Virus record (IMG/VR): IMGVR_UViG_3300046703_000080
Coordinates: 1-61,421 of that record
From: a virus
Lineage: Duplodnaviria; Caudoviricetes
Length of the DNA stretch: 61,421 bases
Reading direction: 5' to 3' (one strand)
In this document: one piece after another, positions 16,716-25,839 of the stretch
Layout of the letters: every line of letters begins with the position of its first letter
Position numbering within the stretch: position 1 is the stretch's first letter
Notes under the pieces: model-generated
The model's database searches: none
The model's input: only the letters and a program-made list of their open reading frames with translations
What the model was told of the DNA's origin: nothing
Position numbers and translations under genes: made by a program

Positions 16716-17729
16716 ATGAGTGACATCCAGGAATACTACGGGCACTGCCCGATATGCGGGGAAACAATGACGACCGCGCATCCATATCCATGCCCAGGTA
16801 ACAGACACCCACTCTCGTCCTTGATTGAGGATGAGCGCAAGGTGATCGAGAACCAGGCAACCGAGATTGCCTCCCTTAGCCTCCGAGCGGAGACGGCGGA
16901 GCGGGAGAGGGATGCGGCACGGTCGGAAGAGAACGGTTGGCGGATCGGTTACAGGGTAATCCATCAGCGTCTTGCCGCCCTGGAGCGCGTGGCGGATGCT
17001 ATGGAGAAGTTGCTTGCTAATAAGGCCATAGCGCCCAGTTGGGAGTTTCTAGCGAAGGACGCCCTCTCCGCCCTCCAGCCCGCGCAGGCCCTGGTGGGTG
17101 ACGCGGACAATTACATCGCTTGGATGCACTGGCATGGGCCTACAGAGGATCGGCGGTTGTCTATGTGTGATTCTGACTCGCCTGGAGCGTTCAAGGTTTA
17201 CCGCCGCGCAGTACCGCCTGACCCAACCGTCAAGGAATCCTTGGCAACTGACGCGGTGCGCGAGCGTGCCGCAGCCGTGGAAACCGCACGTGGGGAGATT
17301 GAGCGACGGGCGAGAGTAGAGGCACTGGAGTGGGCAATTGCAATAGATGGCCACTTTCAGCCATGTGCGTGCCAATCCTGCAAAGACATCGAGGCCGAAC
17401 TCGCCCGCCTCGACCATCCGCGCTGCCAACTCCGGAGGCGTCGGGAACAACTGAGGCGCGCTCACCACCTGCACGCCGGCCTTGAGGGTTTCGCGCAGGG
17501 CGTCAAAGGCGGTAGGCTCGGGCGCCTGGTAGTAGGTCCGAGGTTCCGCCGCGGGCATGTCCAGCTTGACCGGAGGCGCAGCAATCAGCAGCGCCGGCGG
17601 AGCCTCGACCACCTTGGAATCGGTCAGAAACACAGAAACGCGCGACCAGTTAGACCCGTGCGCTGTTCGATGTCGATACGCGCCGGCCGTCTCGGTCGCC
17701 TTGAAGGTGTGGACGAAGTAGCTATCTGA
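16716..17729 (+). CDS. mosaic hypothetical protein; the part beyond ~17412 is probably read-through into antisense DUF3560 DNA
   Basis: Phage-like to ...DIEAELARL, then Arg-rich shadow-frame sequence. Confidence 0.55.
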   Translation: MSDIQEYYGHCPICGETMTTAHPYPCPGNRHPLSSLIEDERKVIENQATEIASLSLRAETAERERDAARSEENGWRIGYRVIHQRLAALERVADAMEKLLANKAIAPSWEFLAKDALSALQPAQALVGDADNYIAWMHWHGPTEDRRLSMCDSDSPGAFKVYRRAVPPDPTVKESLATDAVRERAAAVETARGEIERRARVEALEWAIAIDGHFQPCACQSCKDIEAELARLDHPRCQLRRRREQLRRAHHLHAGLEGFAQGVKGGRLGRLVVGPRFRRGHVQLDRRRSNQQRRRSLDHLGIGQKHRNARPVRPVRCSMSIRAGRLGRLEGVDEVAI

Positions 17730-18788
17730 GCACCGCTGGGCGCGCTTCCACTCTTCGGAGGTCATCTCCCGGCAACCCTCGGCGCGGAAGTTGCAGAGCG
17801 GCGCCGGCTTGGTCGCGCTCTTTACCTTCTCGGCGTCGCCTTCGGCCGGCGGTCGATAGTCCCTGATTTCCTCGACTGGCAGCGTTGAGCACCACCGGCC
17901 CAGCACGGAAACGCTGAACAGGGCGCCATCCTTGCGGTTCAGTTTGGTGACCACGTACCACTCACCGCCACCGGAAACGCGCCCGCCGGGTTGGATGTCG
18001 AAACGATCCGCCACCAGTCCCCCGCCCTCGGCGAGCATGGCGCGCTCGTACTCGAGGCGGTTCTCAAGGTGCTGTAGCCAGCGCTGGGCCCGGGCTTCGA
18101 TGGCCGGCAGGCTGGACACCTTCACCCAATTCCCGCCGCGGCCCTTCGGACCAACCCAGGCGTGCGGGACGTTTTGAGCGTCAGGCCCGAAGCCGTCAGG
18201 CTGCATGATCGTGGGGCAGTTTTCGTGCGGAGTGTAGCTCGCCCTGTAAGAGCGAATATCCGCTTCAATCCCCTTGATCCTGCGCGCGCGCACCGCCGGC
18301 AGCTCTTTGTACTTCGCCGCACGGATGGCGCCGGCGGCCCGGGACTTCCAATACTGCGAGGTCTCCCACATTTTGACGGCGCGCCTCATGCCGTTCTCGA
18401 TCTTCTCGGCATCCTTGCGCGCGTGCTTTTCGGAGTGATGGCCAACCAGGATCGGCTGGCCGAGTGGGATATTGTCAGCGATCGAGGAAACGGCCGCCCG
18501 GGCTGATTCAGCATCAGCGCGCCGGCTGTCGCTGTAATCTCCGAACCTCTCCGCGCGCTCCTCGGCTCGGTCGACCAGGCTTGTATCTTCGTCCCCGATC
18601 TCGCCGCACATCTCGGTTAGCAGGTCGGCGCGCTCGGGTGTCCACATTGGCGCCACGAACAGTTCTTGTTTCGGTGCCCAAATGAAGCCGGCCGCTTTCA
18701 CCTTGGCGTATTCGTCAGGATCCAGCCGGCAGGCGGGGTATAACCGGAGTTTGTTGTCCTCCGGCGAGTAAGTTGCTGTGTGTTCCAT
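17049..18788 (-). CDS. DUF3560 protein lacking its usual C-terminal methyltransferase
   Basis: ATYSPEDNKLRLY, GFIWAPKQELFVAPMWTP, IPLGQPILVGHHSE; stops resembling the family just after QLFPTPPELAARMVE. Confidence 0.85.
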   Translation of the reverse strand: MEHTATYSPEDNKLRLYPACRLDPDEYAKVKAAGFIWAPKQELFVAPMWTPERADLLTEMCGEIGDEDTSLVDRAEERAERFGDYSDSRRADAESARAAVSSIADNIPLGQPILVGHHSEKHARKDAEKIENGMRRAVKMWETSQYWKSRAAGAIRAAKYKELPAVRARRIKGIEADIRSYRASYTPHENCPTIMQPDGFGPDAQNVPHAWVGPKGRGGNWVKVSSLPAIEARAQRWLQHLENRLEYERAMLAEGGGLVADRFDIQPGGRVSGGGEWYVVTKLNRKDGALFSVSVLGRWCSTLPVEEIRDYRPPAEGDAEKVKSATKPAPLCNFRAEGCREMTSEEWKRAQRCSDSYFVHTFKATETAGAYRHRTAHGSNWSRVSVFLTDSKVVEAPPALLIAAPPVKLDMPAAEPRTYYQAPEPTAFDALRETLKAGVQVVSAPQLFPTPPELAARMVEAGEFGLDVFAGLARTWLKVAIYCNCPLQCLYSRPSLNLPTCGFHGCGTLAHRVSCQGFLDGWVRRYCAAVNLERSRRVRITHRQPPILCRPMPVHPSDVIVRVTHQGLRGLEGGEGVLR

Positions 18789-18807
18789 CGTGTCTCCGTT
18801 CTGAGTG

Positions 18808-18858
18808 TTGACTGCTCACCTAAGCCGGCTCTGGGAGTCGGCAAAGGTCAGCGTTCAA
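18808..18858 (-). promoter_or_regulatory. long imperfect hairpin upstream of the DUF3560 gene
   Basis: TTGA..GCT.ACCT..GCCGGCTC-TGG-GAGTCGGC..AGGT.AGC..TCAA. Confidence 0.55.
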
Positions 18859-18980
18859 AGGTCACCATCCCAATCCTGCAGGTACGCCAGCAGGCACAGC
18901 AAAACACCAACGGCGCAGGTTGAGTACATCCAGGCTGCCGCGATGGATTCGAGAAGGGGTGTCAGGTCGTGAGGGTTCAT
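18855..18980 (-). CDS. 41-aa membrane peptide
   Basis: MNPHDLTPLL...VGVLLCLLAYLQDWDGDL; coupled by ATGA overlap. Confidence 0.45.
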   Translation of the reverse strand: MNPHDLTPLLESIAAAWMYSTCAVGVLLCLLAYLQDWDGDL

Positions 18981-19062
18981 GCTCGCCCCCCGCAAACCTC
19001 AGCCAAGCGCCGCAGGATCACGCGCCGGCGGTAGAAACGGAATAGCCAAAGCAAACGGCGGA

Positions 19063-19311
19063 TCATAATTCCTCCCCGTGTTCGATGACTTCAAAATCAA
19101 AGCCGTTGACGCTGGGCCCGCCCTCAGCATCGACAACAGACCATATTGCGCCGGTGGGCAGGTGCAGAATCCAGAGCTGCCCATGCTCGAATACGTAATC
19201 GTATGAGCCGCGGTCGGTGCGCTTTACTTGCTTCTGCTTGAAAAACGCGCCGATAGCAGCCAACCCATTTTTCGGGTTCTCGGTCCTCAGCACGCCACAT
19301 TTAGGCATCAA
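19063..19311 (-). CDS. hypothetical protein
   Basis: coupled ORF in leftward operon. Confidence 0.6.
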   Translation of the reverse strand: MMPKCGVLRTENPKNGLAAIGAFFKQKQVKRTDRGSYDYVFEHGQLWILHLPTGAIWSVVDAEGGPSVNGFDFEVIEHGEEL

Positions 19312-19607
19312 AATAGCCTCCCCTGCCCCGGCTCAGGTGCCGGAGCCTCGAACATGCCAACCTGCCGCGGCGCATCACTCGCGCGCCGAAATCTCCGCCC
19401 CAGAAATCGCTGGGAATCGCGGGTCAAAGGTGATTTGAACTCAGCCGAGAGGCGGTCGTGCTCGAGCTCTGCGGCCGCTTGGACTGCCGGCGCATCAGTC
19501 AGCCCGGCAGCGCAGGGAACCAGACCACTCGGGGTGGTGTGCTGGCCATCCTGCAGCGGGAAGCCCTCGAGGCAGAAGGCGCAGAAGACAGGCGCCTGGT
19601 ACGTCAT
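19308..19607 (-). CDS. hypothetical protein
   Basis: ATGA overlaps at both ends; CAFC; ends GQGRLF (clamp-binding-like). Confidence 0.6.
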   Translation of the reverse strand: MTYQAPVFCAFCLEGFPLQDGQHTTPSGLVPCAAGLTDAPAVQAAAELEHDRLSAEFKSPLTRDSQRFLGRRFRRASDAPRQVGMFEAPAPEPGQGRLF

Positions 19608-19978
19608 GCCGCAGCCTCCACAATTCGCGTAGCGTGCCGCGCGTCAAGGCTGGGAACCTCGAGCCAAAGGGAAGGCCATTTGACCGCGGGCGCCAGCTCC
19701 GGATAGACGCCCTTCGCCAGATCCAAGAGCCGCGCCTCCGCGCGTTTCTCGTGCACCTGCGCCGCCTGATACCGCTCCCACCCGAGCGGCATGGCGTCAA
19801 GCTCCGCCGGCCTGGTCGCGTCCACAAAGGAAACGTACCGGCCGCCGTCCCTGCAGATTGTGGTATGCCCCGGCAGGTGGTCAACGCCCAACTGCTCGAG
19901 CGATACTAGCCCGTCGTAAGCGTAGGCGCGGACATTCGAGCCCATGCACATGCGAGTGCGAAAGATTGAGACTTTCAT
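19604..19978 (-). CDS. hypothetical protein
   Basis: ATGA overlaps at both ends. Confidence 0.65.
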   Translation of the reverse strand: MKVSIFRTRMCMGSNVRAYAYDGLVSLEQLGVDHLPGHTTICRDGGRYVSFVDATRPAELDAMPLGWERYQAAQVHEKRAEARLLDLAKGVYPELAPAVKWPSLWLEVPSLDARHATRIVEAAA

Positions 19979-20145
19979 GCCGCTAACCTCCGCTTCTTCG
20001 GCTTGGGCGCTTGCTCCCGATACTCAGGAGGCGGGCAGGTGCAGTGCTGGACGCACTTTCCGCAGCGCTGGCACAGGATGTTAAACCCGCAGGCACCGTA
20101 AGGGCTGCACGGCCGCGGAGTCCAGACCATCGCTCGAGCGCTCAT
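19975..20145 (-). CDS. small Cys-rich protein
   Basis: CQRCGKCVQHCTC; GAGG RBS. Confidence 0.55.
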   Translation of the reverse strand: MSARAMVWTPRPCSPYGACGFNILCQRCGKCVQHCTCPPPEYREQAPKPKKRRLAA

Positions 20146-20378
20146 GCTGCCACCTCGGCCGGCGTCGCACGATGCAGGGGAGACCTGCCCGCGGCGTCCA
20201 TGCAACATAGAATCCGCTCATCCGTGATGACGGCGGAATAGATGCCCAGGTCCCGGCCGCCCTCGCGCAGCCAAACGGCGCCCGAGTCCAGGACGAACAC
20301 CCGGCCCGGGTTCTGGGTCTGCAACTTCAACAGGGCAGCCTCGAGGTAAGCCTGTGTCTTGTCAGAGTGGAGTTTCAC
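20142..20378 (-). CDS. hypothetical protein
   Basis: GTGA overlap with GGAGG RBS. Confidence 0.55.
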   Translation of the reverse strand: MKLHSDKTQAYLEAALLKLQTQNPGRVFVLDSGAVWLREGGRDLGIYSAVITDERILCCMDAAGRSPLHRATPAEVAA

Positions 20379-20572
20379 AGGGCCGCCTCCGTTCTCCCGA
20401 TGTGCTCTTCGGTCGCGCGCAGTCTCCGCAGGCGTTGCTGTAAGGCCTTCAGCCGCCGTATAAGCTCGGCCTGGCAATCAGGCTTCACGCTCCGCAGGTT
20501 CACATACCCCAAGTCCAGGGCCTCGCGCACCTGTCGCGCGTTCAGCGCGTTGATCTCGGGGTACGTCTTCAT
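20375..20572 (-). CDS. hypothetical protein
   Basis: ATGA overlap; MKTYPEINAL... Confidence 0.55.
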   Translation of the reverse strand: MKTYPEINALNARQVREALDLGYVNLRSVKPDCQAELIRRLKALQQRLRRLRATEEHIGRTEAAL

Positions 20573-20808
20573 GACGCCACCTGTAACCCTTTCCCGGCCG
20601 GCGCCGAAGCCCGAGGCGCGAAGATCCGCGCCATCTCTACCCACTTCGACCCAGAGCCATGGAGCGGTGCTATCCGAAACTGAGGCCGCCCCCAAACAAA
20701 GCGCACGTCCACGACTTGGCAATCAAACATCAGCCCCTCGAAGGAGGCCGACACCTGAGAGCCGACCGCAGGGGCCATCTCATTGGCCGTCATCATGGCT
20801 TGTTCCAT
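20569..20808 (-). CDS. hypothetical SH3-like protein, first gene of leftward operon
   Basis: VVDVRFVWGR...I.PL.GSG..WVE; ATG 6 nt after TATAAT. Confidence 0.6.
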   Translation of the reverse strand: MEQAMMTANEMAPAVGSQVSASFEGLMFDCQVVDVRFVWGRPQFRIAPLHGSGSKWVEMARIFAPRASAPAGKGLQVAS

Positions 20809-20814
20809 GGCTCG

Positions 20815-20843
20815 ATTATACCCATAAGTAGCAAAGCACCGAA
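20815..20843 (-). promoter_or_regulatory. leftward sigma70-type promoter (leaderless)
   Basis: perfect TATAAT at 20820-20815; weak -35 TTCGGT at 17-bp spacing. Confidence 0.55.
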
Positions 20844-21935
20844 AGAAAGTCTGCAACTGCCAGAAACCAAACAGAAAATAACTCTTGACACGCTACTGAT
20901 AGGTAACAGCACACCAACGCCCGCAACTGACACAAAACAAACGGAACCGTAAACCACTGACCAGGAGAACACCAGGAGAACGATACAACTGCACCCCCTT
21001 GAAAACAAACCCCTTGACAGGCACGCAGTAATACATGTACGCTGGAGGGCGGCAGGGAGGGGGTGAGGGGTGGAGAGGGTGTTCCAATGTAATGTAGGGT
21101 AATAGGATCAGATCCCCGCTCTTCGAACGATCAACCGCAGCCAAACCTGCAAACCAGCCGGCAGAAAGAAAAAAAAGTACCCCGACTGCGAGCTCGAAAA
21201 CTGGCGAACCACCAGCAAAGACAAACCTTGAAGTGTTGCGCGAATGCGACAGAAGTGTGGCGAAAATGACACACTTGCATGGGTGAAAAGTAGGAAGCCT
21301 GCCAGGTTAGGGCGACCGCGGCGGGAAAGTGAGCCCAGCAGCTCGAGTCAGCCGGCGACGTTGACCGGATCCAGCCGGCCCGGCGCCGATCCTGCCTGAA
21401 GTGGACCTCGAGCGCCGCGGCTGCCAGTAGCCGGCAGGATGAGAGGTTATGTAGACCTCGCCCTCAGCCTGCCATCATCAGTGATTGCAGCGTGCAGCCT
21501 GCCCAATCTACTGTGATTGTCCGTGCTCTGTCCGAGTAGTCAGCTGATGCGGCTGTCCTGCCTGGCTACCTGATGTCTGTCGATGTCGGATGTCGCCCAG
21601 CCTACCCAATCAGAGCAGCCCAGCCTCGAGCACAGCAGGGCAGGGCAGCGCTGCCAGCCTCGAGCTGAGGGTACGACAGCAGCCAGCCGGCAGAGGATCG
21701 CTGTCTGTCGGCAGTTGGTAGGCCGGTTGGTAGTCCTAAGGGTGGCGGATCTCGAGAGAGCGCTGCCTGATCACGCCCTCTATGCTAACTATTTTATTTT
21801 CAATAACATACAAACACAGGTATTGCGATGTTTTGAACCAAATCCTTCAAGGTGGCATCCAGGATGATCTGTGGTAAAAGTGACACGGTGAACAGTTTCC
21901 GGGATTCCGGTGGTGAAGTTTCCCGAAAAAACCTC

Positions 21936-21964
21936 TTGATTTCAGGATGAAGTTCGGTTACATT
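21936..21964 (+). promoter_or_regulatory. rightward sigma70-type promoter (leaderless)
   Basis: TTGATT-17 bp-TACATT, ATG at 21973. Confidence 0.55.
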
Positions 21965-21972
21965 CGGTACGT

Positions 21973-22131
21973 ATGAGTGACACGTTACTTTGGTTTCTCG
22001 GGGGGATGGCGGTAGTTGCGGCCTTTTGGGCGTATTTGAAGATTCGAGAGGCTTTTGATCGCGACAGCGAGGAGTGGGAGGCGACGTTGAGGCGGCTGAG
22101 GGAAGTGACGCCCTCGGAGGACGAATCGTGA
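21973..22131 (+). CDS. 52-aa membrane protein
   Basis: MSDTLLWFLGGMAVVAAFWAYLK..., GTGA-coupled to next gene. Confidence 0.55.
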   Translation: MSDTLLWFLGGMAVVAAFWAYLKIREAFDRDSEEWEATLRRLREVTPSEDES

Positions 22132-22478
22132 ACCCCCTCAAGGAGCTTCTGCGGAAGTTGAAGTTGGAGACGCCGGAGGATCTTCGCGCGAAGCCCGGGC
22201 CGTGGATGAAGCGTGCTTCCTCGGCGGTCGGGAAGGCGTTCAAGTACCTGAGCCGGCCGATGTCGGTCAAGGAGCGAGACCGTGAGCACCTGGCTGTGCA
22301 GCGGTGCAAGGAGCTTTCGGCGAAGTTCCAGAAGTTGGACACGCGGCAGCAGCAAAGGTGCAGGGCGTTTGCTGAGGCGTTCTCGAGGACCCGCAAGGAG
22401 ATCGGCGGAGAACCTCGGAGAGCTCGGCGGAAGGTTGCGCGGGCTTGGGCGAAGCAGGCGATGAGGTCCACAGGCTGA
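22128..22478 (+). CDS. basic hypothetical protein
   Basis: GGAGG RBS, GTG start. Confidence 0.6.
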   Translation: MNPLKELLRKLKLETPEDLRAKPGPWMKRASSAVGKAFKYLSRPMSVKERDREHLAVQRCKELSAKFQKLDTRQQQRCRAFAEAFSRTRKEIGGEPRRARRKVARAWAKQAMRSTG

Positions 22479-22482
22479 CGAA

Positions 22483-23214
22483 ATGCCCCAGGATCAGATC
22501 GAGCAACTGACAAAGCGAGTGCAGGCGCTAGAGACCTCGTTCGAGGTGTCTCCGCCGCCGGTATGCCCGCTTTGCTGGGACTGGATCCTGCCGGGCGAGC
22601 AGACCGTGAAGCTGACCGAGGGCCCGGCGCATCGGCGTTGCTGGCAAACAGGGGAGGCTGCGGCGTGACCTCCCTCCTCTCGCGCCTACTCCGCAAGGTC
22701 TTCTGGACTCCGGTGGCGGCGAAGTGCGAGCGCATGATCCACTGCGAGCTGGGTGTGCAGTTCACTTTGCTGGAACGAGCCTGGATTCATTGGGAGACTC
22801 GCCGCGGTAGGAATCGGCTGGGGCTTCCTCCACGGAGGCGCTGGGCGTGAGCCTCGCTAAGTGGCCTGTCCATCGCCGCGAGTTCATCTGCGCGGTATGC
22901 CACCTTCCAGGAACAGGGGCTCCGAACTCGTTAGTCCACAAGGGCGAGTGCAAGAAGGAATGGCAGCGTAGGACCACGCATCGCGCGTACCTGCGAGAGC
23001 ACCCTCAGAAGGTCATGGTGGCGAAGGCATGATCCTCAAGCGCGAGTACGCCCTGTACGATGCGAACCCGCGCTACGGAATTGTCCATCCCGAGAGGACC
23101 TCAGAGAGTTGCCCTCACCAAACCAAAATTCGACGCACGGACGAAGACGACCCTCAGCGGGTGGCTTTCATTGAGGAAGTGCTGAAACGGATCAGTAGAG
23201 AGCCGACGTCATGA
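22483..23214 (+). CDS. four coupled ~61-aa ORFs (22483-22668, 22665-22850, 22847-23032, 23029-23214), two with CxxC
   Basis: serial 4-nt start/stop overlaps. Confidence 0.5.
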
Positions 23215-23546
23215 AACTACGACTCGCATTGCTGCTTCTAATCGCCGCAGGAGTTCTGTCGGCCGCCAACCCGCCGGCGTACATCTCGGCGGGAGTGATG
23301 CGGTGCGGGGCCACGCGGCGCGGTGCGACTGATGTGCAAATCTGGTGTTACACCGGACTGGTGTTCTCCGCCACTACTTATCTTAGAAACTTGCTCATCT
23401 CTGTGCCGATCGGCAGCGTAGCAATAGACCGCCTCGAATATAATGGCACCGACACTATCGAGTGGACGCTCACGCAGGGCAGCGACGGGGTGATGAACTA
23501 CAGTGTTACCGCCAACGGCTCGGTGCCAGTTACAGGTGAACTATGA
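23211..23546 (+). CDS. secreted protein (signal peptide)
   Basis: MKLRLALLLLIAAGVLSA; two Cys in mature part. Confidence 0.7.
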   Translation: MKLRLALLLLIAAGVLSAANPPAYISAGVMRCGATRRGATDVQIWCYTGLVFSATTYLRNLLISVPIGSVAIDRLEYNGTDTIEWTLTQGSDGVMNYSVTANGSVPVTGEL

Positions 23547-23860
23547 GTTGGCTTTCAGATTTGCCCGGCCTGCCCAAGCGGGTCCGGAAACTTGAAGAAT
23601 GGAGAACTAACGTGGCAGATACAACTTTGGCTGAAGTAAAGCAGAAGCTGATTAACCAAGGGGCCGTAATCGATGGAATCTCCGCCGACTACGTGACCAT
23701 GCAGGCGCAGATTGCGGCTCTCCAGGCTGCGCTGGACGCCAACGATCCGGCAGCCATGCAGGCTGCGATCAATGAACTGGCGGGCATCGTGGACGCCAAC
23801 AACCAGCGGCTCGTGTCGCTCGATGAGAGCGTTCCTCCGCCCGCCCCTCCGCAGCCGTAA
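23543..23860 (+). CDS. coiled-coil protein
   Basis: heptad-rich, Pro-rich tail. Confidence 0.65.
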   Translation: MSWLSDLPGLPKRVRKLEEWRTNVADTTLAEVKQKLINQGAVIDGISADYVTMQAQIAALQAALDANDPAAMQAAINELAGIVDANNQRLVSLDESVPPPAPPQP

Positions 23861-23871
23861 GAAAGGGCCCA

Positions 23872-24462
23872 ATGAACTACAAAGAATTGGCAGCAACAGA
23901 CAAAGCCCCGTTCCCGTTCCCCCAGGACGCTAACGGAGCCTATCCGTTTGAGACGCTTCCCGAAGGGGTACTGAACCCCAACCCGGCGTTCCAGGGCTAC
24001 TTCATTCTCTGTTTGAAGGAAGTGCAGAAGACCCATCCCGACGCCACCATTAGCATTGACTCGGGCATTGCCGCGATTACAGCGGGCGATAAGACGGTCG
24101 AACTGACCAATGCCTTACAGCACGGTTATGCGAGCGGTGCGCAGACCATCGAGCAACAGATGAACAGGGCACTCGGCATCGTCCCGCCGGCACCCCCGGC
24201 ACCTACTCCGTCTCCCGCTCCCATCCACCAGTACGGTGTGCCGTTCGTGGACATCGACGGGAAAACCTACGAATGGCAGGAGTGGCCTTTCGGCGATCTC
24301 AAGGTCCGCGTGAAGGCCGTGGACTCTGCTGTCTCGGGCGTTGCCAGTGAGCGTGCGGCCTTCTCTGGATACCTCAAGGGTCGACTACTGGAGACCGCCG
24401 AGCCGATTGCCCAGGCAGAGCTGATCTCCGCCTTGACGTGGTTGTCGAAGAGGCCCAGCTAA
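23872..24462 (+). CDS. hypothetical protein
   Basis: 196-aa ORF in operon. Confidence 0.65.
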   Translation: MNYKELAATDKAPFPFPQDANGAYPFETLPEGVLNPNPAFQGYFILCLKEVQKTHPDATISIDSGIAAITAGDKTVELTNALQHGYASGAQTIEQQMNRALGIVPPAPPAPTPSPAPIHQYGVPFVDIDGKTYEWQEWPFGDLKVRVKAVDSAVSGVASERAAFSGYLKGRLLETAEPIAQAELISALTWLSKRPS

Positions 24463-24466
24463 CGCC

Positions 24467-24910
24467 ATGCGACGAACCCAACGAATCGTTCTCCCTGTGC
24501 TGCTCGTGCTGGCCTTGATGGGCTGCACGCAGAAGCAGACCACAGTCACCATCAAGACGCCCGCCCAGCGCGTGGCCGTCTACAACGGCACGCTGGCTGA
24601 GTTGAACAAGGCCGCGACAGAGGGAGTAATCGGGCTCCAGAAGTCTGGTGTGCTTACTGTCGCGCAGACCTCGCTGGTTTTGGGGTACACCCTGAAGGTG
24701 GCGACCGCCAGCAAGGCCGTGGCAACCATCCAGCAGAATCCTGGGGACTGGACTGCGACTGCTAAGCAGATCCAAACCATCCTCGGGCAAATCCCGCTGC
24801 CGGCCGAAGTATCCAAATTGATCTCCGGTCCGCAAGCCGCTCAGGTGCTGTCGATCTTCACCAGCATCCAGACGTACATCCAGCAGATGCTAAAGGAGGT
24901 AGCGCAATGA
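24467..24910 (+). CDS. lipoprotein (spanin candidate)
   Basis: lipobox LALMG-C after basic/hydrophobic leader; in lysis region. Confidence 0.7.
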   Translation: MRRTQRIVLPVLLVLALMGCTQKQTTVTIKTPAQRVAVYNGTLAELNKAATEGVIGLQKSGVLTVAQTSLVLGYTLKVATASKAVATIQQNPGDWTATAKQIQTILGQIPLPAEVSKLISGPQAAQVLSIFTSIQTYIQQMLKEVAQ

Positions 24911-25131
24911 ACTCGGTGAACATTGGGCTCATCTTGAGTATCATCAACGCCGCGCTCCAGTTGGCTCCGATCGGAACCGCGGCATACATCAGTATCAGGA
25001 ATCTGCTGGCCAAGGATCCAGCCATAGCGGAAGGAATGCAGGCCATCCTCGATGGAACGATCGCGGCCGACGATGCCACTGTCGAGATGATTCGGCAGTG
25101 GAAGGCCAGCCTACCACCTGTCCAACCATGA
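24907..25131 (+). CDS. small amphipathic/membrane protein
   Basis: AAGGAGG RBS, ATGA overlap with lipoprotein. Confidence 0.65.
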   Translation: MNSVNIGLILSIINAALQLAPIGTAAYISIRNLLAKDPAIAEGMQAILDGTIAADDATVEMIRQWKASLPPVQP

Positions 25132-25335
25132 CCCCCGACCACCAAACCGCCCTCAACAACTGCCTGCTACGCGGGCGCGAAGTCGCTCTAGGGGAGGCCG
25201 AACCTCCCCTGAGCACCTGCCGTGATGCGCTGCTCCAGATTTGGGAGACGGCGACTCAGACGGAGCGTGATCGGATTGACTCCGACTGCGACCTTGGCTC
25301 ACACACGAGTAGAAAATCTTGAGAGGAGAAATAGT

Positions 25336-25506
25336 ATGCCGAAAGAGATGTTGTTCTGGGTCCTGTATCTGATTTGCTTGGTGTTCGGAATGTGGGCCGG
25401 GTACGACCCAGCTCAGCCCGTATACCGTCGTTGGGGTGGGAGTCTCGCGTTCTTCGTCCTTCTCGGGGTCCTCGGTTGGGCCGTATTTGGACCCCCTGTC
25501 AAGTAG
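25336..25506 (+). CDS. two-TM protein (holin/antiholin candidate)
   Basis: two hydrophobic helices, GAGGAG RBS. Confidence 0.65.
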   Translation: MPKEMLFWVLYLICLVFGMWAGYDPAQPVYRRWGGSLAFFVLLGVLGWAVFGPPVK

Positions 25507-25554
25507 AGCGGTAACCCGAAAGCCCATCGTCGTCGTGAGAAAGGAAACCGTACC

Positions 25555-25839
25555 ATGAGCCTCAAGGCATGGTTCTATGGCCTGCTGTCCGGCGTGATTG
25601 CCTCCGCCGCTAATGCTGGATCTGCGGCACTTGGAGCGATGGTATTCGCGCCCGAGTTGCTAAGGAACGGCCACTTCTGGGCGGTCATTGCGGCCACGGC
25701 CGCTTTCGCTGGATTAAAGACCGCGCTCGCTTGGTTGGCGAAGTCACCACTTCCCGGTGTGCTCAGCACGGAGACGGTTACAACAGTGAGGACCACGAGC
25801 ACCGACCCGGCACCCGCAGTGCCTGAGCCAAAGCCGTGA
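25555..25839 (+). CDS. holin
   Basis: two TM segments, LAKSPLP, overlaps endolysin start. Confidence 0.7.
   Translation: MSLKAWFYGLLSGVIASAANAGSAALGAMVFAPELLRNGHFWAVIAATAAFAGLKTALAWLAKSPLPGVLSTETVTTVRTTSTDPAPAVPEPKP

Noticed and set aside
21583-21867. 94-aa ORF in the control region
   Set aside because: No RBS, atypical composition, runs through the AT-rich box; treated as non-coding
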